From Steroidobacteraceae bacterium (GTDB lineage Bacteria; Pseudomonadota; Gammaproteobacteria; Steroidobacterales; Steroidobacteraceae): a stretch of DNA of 29,301 bases. Of the stretch, positions 24,151 to 29,301 are shown piece after piece. The translations under genes and the position numbers were made by a program. Each line of letters begins with the position of its first letter. The stretch's first letter is position 1. Location of the stretch: the NCBI GenBank assembly GCA_035761885.1, contig DASTQG010000405.1, positions 1-29,301 of the forward strand, in the 5' to 3' direction. Below the pieces are notes generated by a model. That model did not search any database, was not told the origin of the DNA, and saw only the letters and a program-made list of their open reading frames with translations.

Positions 24151-24188
24151 CGGCCCGCGAGCTCCGTGCTCGCGGGCCGTTTTGTTTT
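24151..24188 (+). terminator. Rho-independent terminator after the precursor gene
   Basis: CGGCCCGCGAGC-tccgt-GCTCGCGGGCCG, a 12-bp stem followed by TTTTGTTTT. Confidence 0.85.
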
Positions 24189-24220
24189 CGGTCTTAATCT
24201 TGTCAGCGGAGCGGCAGAGA

Positions 24221-24241
24221 AAAAGCGGACAGTCCCCTTTT
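24221..24241. repeat. Second copy of the GGGGAC(A/T)GTCCCC palindrome
   Basis: AAAAGCGGAC-A-GTCCCCTTTT pairs at 9/10; opposite orientation to 17700-17724. Confidence 0.7.
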
Positions 24242-24265
24242 CCGTCCCGCACCCGGTGAGCCCGC

Positions 24266-24937
24266 ATGAGCCGTACCAGCGCCGCCAAAGCCGCAGCCCG
24301 CCCCAGTTCCAGCGATGCGTTCGTGCCCGACGGGCGCTCGCGCTGCGGTTGGGTGCAGAAGGGCAACGCCCTGTATGTCCAGTACCACGACGAGGAGTGG
24401 GGCGTGCCGGTGCGCGCGGATCGCAAGCACTTCGAGTTCCTCATCCTCGAAGGCGCGCAGGCCGGGCTGAGCTGGTCGACCATTCTCAACAAGCGCGAAG
24501 GCTATCGGCGCGCCTTTGCCGACTTCGATCCGGGGCGTGTCGCGCGTTTCACGCCCGCGCGAATCGCGAAGATCCTGAAGGACCCCGGCATCGTTCGGAA
24601 CCGGTTGAAGGTCGAGGGCGCGGTGACGAACGCGCGCGCGTTCCTCGCCGTGCAGAAGGAGTTCGGCAGCTTCGACGCGTACGTGTGGCGCTTCGTCGGC
24701 GGCAAGCCGCTGCAGCGGCGTCGGCGCGGCATGAAGGACGTGCCGGCGACGAGCCGCGAATCCGATGCGCTGTCGGAAGACCTGCGCCGGCGCGGCTTCA
24801 AGTTCGTGGGGTCCACGGTGATCTATGCGCACATGCAGGCAGTGGGCATGGTGAACGATCACGCCATCGGCTGCTTCCGCCATGCCGAATGCGCCGCGCT
24901 CGCGAAGACGTTCGACCAGGGGACTGACCAGGACTAA
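24266..24937 (+). CDS. tag: DNA-3-methyladenine glycosylase I
   Basis: RCGW, YHDEEWG, FEFLILEGAQAGLSWSTIL, IVRNRLK, GFKFVGSTVIYAHMQAVGMVNDH and CFR. Confidence 0.96.
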   Translation: MSRTSAAKAAARPSSSDAFVPDGRSRCGWVQKGNALYVQYHDEEWGVPVRADRKHFEFLILEGAQAGLSWSTILNKREGYRRAFADFDPGRVARFTPARIAKILKDPGIVRNRLKVEGAVTNARAFLAVQKEFGSFDAYVWRFVGGKPLQRRRRGMKDVPATSRESDALSEDLRRRGFKFVGSTVIYAHMQAVGMVNDHAIGCFRHAECAALAKTFDQGTDQD

Positions 24938-25017
24938 AAGGGGACATTCACATTTTCGAGAGAGACGACGGCACGCGTGCCGCGCGCCTGCGCCGGAAAA
25001 TGTGAATGTCCCCTTTT
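24936..25017. repeat. 82-bp element with perfect 22-bp inverted arms (AAAAGGGGACATTCACATTTTC)
   Basis: Arms 24936-24957 / 24996-25017 with a 38-bp spacer. Overlaps the tag stop codon, between convergent tag and rlmJ. Confidence 0.9.
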
Positions 25018-25024
25018 TCTCTCC

Positions 25025-25882
25025 CTAGCGCTCGGGGACGAGCCATTGCACGCCGTGGCGGCCGCGCGGGTCCTGCGCGAGCAGCGCATGCAACTCCGCG
25101 ATGCCTTCGCGCAGCACTTCTTCCGAACGCCAGGGCGGATTGACGATCACCACGCCGGCGCCGTTGAGGCCGGCGCGCGAATCGTCCTGGTAGACGCACA
25201 GTTCCGCAGCCAGGGTCGAGGGCGGTTCGAGCGCGACGATCGAGCGATGCCAGCGTTCGACCTGCGCACGCAGCTTGATCGGATACCAGATGCAGTACAC
25301 GCCGGTACGCCAGCGCTGCAGCGCTTCGCCGAGCGCCTGCACGACGCGCGCGCTCTCTTCCTGCTGCGTTTCGTAGGCCGGATCGATGAGCACGAGCCCG
25401 CGGCGTTGCGTCGGCGGCAGCAGCGCGCGCAGTGCCTCGTACCCGTCCCGGTTCTCCACGCGCACGCGCACATCGCGCCCGACCGCGGCCGCGAGCGCCT
25501 CGACCTCGCGTTCCTGAATTTCACACAGCACCGCGCGATCGATACGGCGCAGAAGATGTTGCGCGATCAGCCCGGAACCGGGATAGGTGACAGGCTCGCG
25601 ACCGTTGCCGTAGCGCGGATCGAAGTGCGTGAGCACGTCGAGGTACGCGCGCACCGCGTCGCTGCGAGGGCTCGCGGCGACCAGCCGTCGCACGCCTTCC
25701 TCGGCCTCGTGGCTCGTGAGCGCCGCGGGGGAGGAAAGCGAGTAACGCCCACGTCCCGCGTGCGTGTCGATGTACATGAGCGGCTTGTCCTTGCGTGTGA
25801 GCGCCTGGAGCAGCCACACGAGCGCCGTGTGCTTGAGCACGTCGGCGAAGTTTCCCGCGTGATAGGCGTGGCGATACTTCAT
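25025..25882 (-). CDS. rlmJ: 23S rRNA (adenine2030-N6)-methyltransferase RlmJ, 285 aa
   Basis: MKYRHAYHAGNFADVLKH, YIDTHAGRG, YPGS, RRGLVLIDPAYE, CIWYPIK and VIVNPPW. Confidence 0.97.
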   Translation of the reverse strand: MKYRHAYHAGNFADVLKHTALVWLLQALTRKDKPLMYIDTHAGRGRYSLSSPAALTSHEAEEGVRRLVAASPRSDAVRAYLDVLTHFDPRYGNGREPVTYPGSGLIAQHLLRRIDRAVLCEIQEREVEALAAAVGRDVRVRVENRDGYEALRALLPPTQRRGLVLIDPAYETQQEESARVVQALGEALQRWRTGVYCIWYPIKLRAQVERWHRSIVALEPPSTLAAELCVYQDDSRAGLNGAGVVIVNPPWRSEEVLREGIAELHALLAQDPRGRHGVQWLVPER

Positions 25883-25978
25883 TTCGACCCGTTTGGCCGC
25901 GGTACTGCGTTTGAAGCATAGTAGCCGTGCACCGCTGCGGCGGAAGCGGATTGTCTGAGAATTGCCTGGGGGGCGCCC

Positions 25979-26443
25979 ATGCGCACGTTGTCGTTCATTG
26001 TTGCGGCTTGCGCCGTGCTGGCTGCCTGCCGGGCCGGTGCGAACGAAGAGTCGGCAGTTCCGAAGCGTCCGGCCGCGCAGCGCGCGCCGCAGGCCACGCC
26101 TCCGAGTGAGCCCCCGCAGGTCGACGCATCCCTGCCGGCAGAGCTCAGGACCCGCGTGATCGCCGATGCGGCGCGCCGTGCAGGGACTTCCGCAGCCAAC
26201 GTGACGGTGCGGAGCGCGCAGGCCGTGGACTGGCCGGACGGGTCGCTCGGTTGCCCGCAGGCCGGAGTGATGTACACCCAGGCCATCGTGCCCGGTTACC
26301 GCGTTCTGGTCGTGGCGGGCGAGCGGCACTTCGACTATCGCATTCCGCGTGCAATTCCTCGTGGCGAGCTGCAGGTGTGCGAAGCGAGCTTTCACGGCGA
26401 GCTCATCGAGCCACCGGTGCCGAAGAAGCCTCAGGAACGCTGA
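25979..26443 (+). CDS. Lipoprotein with one WxDxxLGC domain, 154 aa
   Basis: Lipobox VLAAC and motif WPDGSLGCPQAGVMYTQAIVPGY. Confidence 0.8.
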   Translation: MRTLSFIVAACAVLAACRAGANEESAVPKRPAAQRAPQATPPSEPPQVDASLPAELRTRVIADAARRAGTSAANVTVRSAQAVDWPDGSLGCPQAGVMYTQAIVPGYRVLVVAGERHFDYRIPRAIPRGELQVCEASFHGELIEPPVPKKPQER

Positions 26444-26514
26444 GTCCGCCCGGGGTCCCGCATCGCCGGCGGGTCTCTTACAATGACAGGCTCACCTGCT
26501 CTCGAGGATCTTCA

Positions 26515-27192
26515 ATGCGTGCGACGATGGTCAAAGGTCTGGCCGGTCTGGCTTTCCTTGCTGCTACGACACCCTGGCTGACAGCGTGCCAGTCCCCTCC
26601 CGCCGAATCACCGCCTGCAAGCTCCACAGTGCCGGCGGAACCCGCCGTCGATCCTGCGGTGGAGGAGCGCGCCCGCCGCGCCCTCACCGATGCGGGAGTG
26701 ACCGATGTCGGCGTTCTGGTGTCCGCCAAGCCGGCGCAATGGAACGATTCGAGCCTCGGTTGCCGGCAACCCGGCATGCAGTACATGCAGGTGATCATGG
26801 AAGGGCACGTGCTGCAGTTCCGGGCGAGCGGAGACAAACCCGCCCACGAAGTGCACGTCGCCAACGATGTGGCCGTCGTCTGCTCGGGCGGAACCGCGCT
26901 TCGCCAGCGAGCGCCGGGGGCATCGCGGGCGCTCAACCTGGACGTGATGGTTTCGCAGGCGCGCGAGGACCTTGCGAAGCGACTGGGGCTGAACGTGGAG
27001 AACGTCGCCCTGCGCACCCTGACGCCGATGACGTGGAAGGACGACAGGCTGGGATGCGAAGCCGAAGCGAGCGCTTCGAAAATTCCGCCGGTCACGGGGC
27101 ATCGACTGCTCTTCGGCACCACGCGCGGCAACTATGTCTATCACACCGACGGCGAGCGCTTCGCGCCCTGCCCGGCCATCGCCGACAAGTAG
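26515..27192 (+). CDS. Lipoprotein with two WxDxxLGC domains, 225 aa
   Basis: GAGG RBS before ATG 26515. Lipobox-like WLTAC, Pro/Ala linker, WNDSSLGC and WKDDRLGC. Confidence 0.78.
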   Translation: MRATMVKGLAGLAFLAATTPWLTACQSPPAESPPASSTVPAEPAVDPAVEERARRALTDAGVTDVGVLVSAKPAQWNDSSLGCRQPGMQYMQVIMEGHVLQFRASGDKPAHEVHVANDVAVVCSGGTALRQRAPGASRALNLDVMVSQAREDLAKRLGLNVENVALRTLTPMTWKDDRLGCEAEASASKIPPVTGHRLLFGTTRGNYVYHTDGERFAPCPAIADK

Positions 27193-27226
27193 GGCCCACG
27201 AGCAGGGGCCGATAATCAGGGGCCCC

Positions 27227-27260
27227 AAAAAAACAGGGCCACGTTTCCGTGGCCCTGTTT
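27227..27260 (-). terminator. Terminator for the S8 peptidase gene (possibly bidirectional)
   Basis: AAACAGGGCCACG-tttc-CGTGGCCCTGTTT, a 13-bp stem. The A7 run at 27227-27233 gives a U tract on the minus strand. Confidence 0.8.
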
Positions 27261-27296
27261 CGCGGCGATCCTGGGGCGATCGCCAATCTGTGCCGA

Positions 27297-29300
27297 TCAA
27301 TCCTCGGCGTGCGGATCCGGCGTCGCGAAGACTGCGTAGTCCTGCGTCCAGTCGTGATTGTTCGGGAAGAGCCACAGCGTGCTGCCCGTACCACTCACGT
27401 TGACGTGCGCCGACTCGCCCCTCGCCAGGCCGAAGCTGTTCAGGTCAGGCGTGATCTCGTTGGCCAGATCGATGGTGCCCGTCTGAGTGCCCACGTTGCC
27501 CTGGCGATCGGTCGCGACCACCCGGTAGTTGAAGCTGTCGCTCACCCGTCCGCCGCTGGCGGTGCGGGTCCACGGCAGCACGACCACGCGGTCGTTGAAG
27601 TCCCATCCGCCCGTGATCCAGTCGAGGAACGCCGGGAAGACCGTCGGAGCGACCGGGAACTGGGCCGTCAGGTACGTGCCGATGATCGCCGGCGGTGCGG
27701 CCTGGAACGAGGTCCAGTCGCGGGCCGCGAGGCGCACGTCGTCCGTGCCGTTGCGGTCGACATCCAGGAAGATGTCGATGTCCAGGTTCGAGATGTGCTC
27801 CCACGGCTTGTGGAACGCGAGACCGAACTCGACGACCTGGTCGCCGCCGATCACGTTGGTGCGATAGCCCACGTGGGCGATCGCGCTGTACGTGTCCGTT
27901 GCGCCCGTGCCGCCGCTGCCAGCCAGCGTGAAGCCTTCGGCGAAGCCGATGGCCGGACCCTTGTTACGGATGTCGATGCCCTGCGAGCCGCTGCCCGGCT
28001 GCGCGATCAGGTTGGAAGCGGCGTCGACCGCCGCCATGTAACCCACGCGCAGAGAGTCGGTGCCGTCGCTGAACACGCACCAGCCGTCGACTTCGGTCTG
28101 GCTGACCGAACCGTTGTCGAACGCACCGGCCGCTGCCGCCACGTTCGGATCGAAGCGCAGCTTGATCGGCAGCGTCTTGGTACCCCACTTGCCGACCGAG
28201 GTGGCCGGCGGACAGGTCACCGTCACGCCCGGATACGTCGCGCGCGGCACATGGGTCACCGTGAAGTTGCGCGAAGCCGTATTCAGGTTGTTGAGGTAGA
28301 CCGTGCGACTGACGTTGGCGACCGCGGTGGGATTGATCCGGCCGAACGACACGCCGCCCGGCGTGACGTAGCTGGACAGTGCCGCGGCGCGATCGACACG
28401 CAGTGCACCCACGCCATTGCGCGACAGGCTGGTGTCTGCAGCGTTCGACGGATTCACATTCACCGTCGAGTTCTGCAGCAAAGCCTTGATCACGTACTGC
28501 TGAACGTCCGGGTACTTCTGACGCAGCACCGCTGCGGAACCCGCAGTGTGCGGCGAAGCCATCGAAGTGCCCTGGTTCGGCGCCGGGCCGTTGCCGGAGC
28601 CAACGCCCGTCGAGACGATGCCCACGCCAGGCGCGGCCAGGTCGGGCTTGAACTCGTTGCCGCCCGAGGATGGACCGCTCGAGGAGAACGACGCGATGCG
28701 ATCCTGCTTGGTCGCATCCGGGCCGAAGCCCAGAGTCGCCGTCACAGGGCTCGCCGTATCCGTCGTCGCCTGCGCGGCGATCGCCAGACCGTCGCTCTGG
28801 CTGACCATCACGCCCGGAATGAGCGCGGTGATCCCGCCCATGACGATCGGGTCGCCCGCCACGTTGTTGAACGCGATCATCGCTCGCGCGCCCGCGTTCA
28901 GCGCGTTCTGCGCCTTGATGGCAAACGCGCAGCCGGCAGGAGTGCCGGTCGGCACGCCGCCACGCTGCACGAGCACGATGTTGCCGGCGATCGCCGCCGC
29001 GTTGGTGAATGCCGTGCAGCCGTCGAGCGGAACGCCTTCCACCACCGTGTCGGTGAGCGGAGCGACGCTCGACACGCGCGCGGGGCTGGTGCCTTCCTCG
29101 TTGAACTTCGGGCCGGCGATCGCCGCGGGTGCGTCGATGGTCAGCGTGGCGAAGTTACGCCCGCCCGGCGTGTTCGCCGCCGTCGAGATCGCCTGATGCG
29201 CCACACCCGGCGCACTCGTGATGTAGGGAACGTCGCCGTTGTTGCCGGCCGAGGTCACCACGATGATGCCGACGTTGGCGGCGTTCTCCGACGAGATCGC
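27297..29300 (-). CDS. Subtilisin-like S8 serine peptidase with PA domain (Vpr/C5a-peptidase-like), 3' part; 5' end lies outside the window
   Basis: Frame is open to the window edge. VTSAGNNG (oxyanion Asn), PA-domain motifs (IVLVQRGG, KAQNALNAGA), FSSSGP, KPDLAAPG and GTSMASPH catalytic Ser (28548-28571). Confidence 0.93.
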   Translation of the reverse strand, partial: AISSENAANVGIIVVTSAGNNGDVPYITSAPGVAHQAISTAANTPGGRNFATLTIDAPAAIAGPKFNEEGTSPARVSSVAPLTDTVVEGVPLDGCTAFTNAAAIAGNIVLVQRGGVPTGTPAGCAFAIKAQNALNAGARAMIAFNNVAGDPIVMGGITALIPGVMVSQSDGLAIAAQATTDTASPVTATLGFGPDATKQDRIASFSSSGPSSGGNEFKPDLAAPGVGIVSTGVGSGNGPAPNQGTSMASPHTAGSAAVLRQKYPDVQQYVIKALLQNSTVNVNPSNAADTSLSRNGVGALRVDRAAALSSYVTPGGVSFGRINPTAVANVSRTVYLNNLNTASRNFTVTHVPRATYPGVTVTCPPATSVGKWGTKTLPIKLRFDPNVAAAAGAFDNGSVSQTEVDGWCVFSDGTDSLRVGYMAAVDAASNLIAQPGSGSQGIDIRNKGPAIGFAEGFTLAGSGGTGATDTYSAIAHVGYRTNVIGGDQVVEFGLAFHKPWEHISNLDIDIFLDVDRNGTDDVRLAARDWTSFQAAPPAIIGTYLTAQFPVAPTVFPAFLDWITGGWDFNDRVVVLPWTRTASGGRVSDSFNYRVVATDRQGNVGTQTGTIDLANEITPDLNSFGLARGESAHVNVSGTGSTLWLFPNNHDWTQDYAVFATPDPHAED

Positions 29301-29301
29301 C

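Noticed and set aside
26479-26484. TACAAT -10 box upstream of the second lipoprotein gene
   Set aside because: No credible -35 or extended -10 is present, so it is too weak to call as a promoter.
1-29301. tRNA, rRNA, integrase, transposase or anti-phage defence genes
   Set aside because: I recognised no cloverleaf, rRNA-like segment or catalytic motif of these classes by eye. A tRNAscan/Infernal/HMM run would be needed to exclude them formally.

Overview
High-GC bacterial chromosomal window, probably from a gammaproteobacterium (inferred from holA-nadD-rsfS, rlmH, rlmJ, DUF3299 and DUF3379 content). I found no rRNA, tRNA, CRISPR array or transposase. Left to right it holds: the end of an alpha-2-macroglobulin gene plus pbpC; four accessory genes; rlmH; a 440-bp intergenic region with a candidate C-rich-loop sRNA and a 176-bp nested palindrome; an aldo/keto reductase inserted between rsfS and rlmH; rsfS-nadD-holA, fused directly downstream of a metal-uptake operon (DUF2946/RAPP leader ORF, outer-membrane receptor, ZnuA-like, ZnuB-like); a divergent zrgBCD-like ABC cluster plus a GNAT; a DUF5916 protein; hinT; pip; aroE; an ECF sigma/DUF3379 pair followed by an HvfA/bufferin-type RiPP precursor with five EG(S/T)CG repeats and no modifying enzymes next to it; tag; rlmJ; two paralogous lipoproteins; and a partial S8 peptidase. 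The strongest leads are the orphan EGSCG precursor module, the CxxC/RAPP leader controlling a Zn-type uptake operon, the candidate sRNA, and several families of 75-82 bp palindromic elements that overlap stop codons or sit in a signal peptide. All family assignments come from motif recognition by eye; no database search was run.
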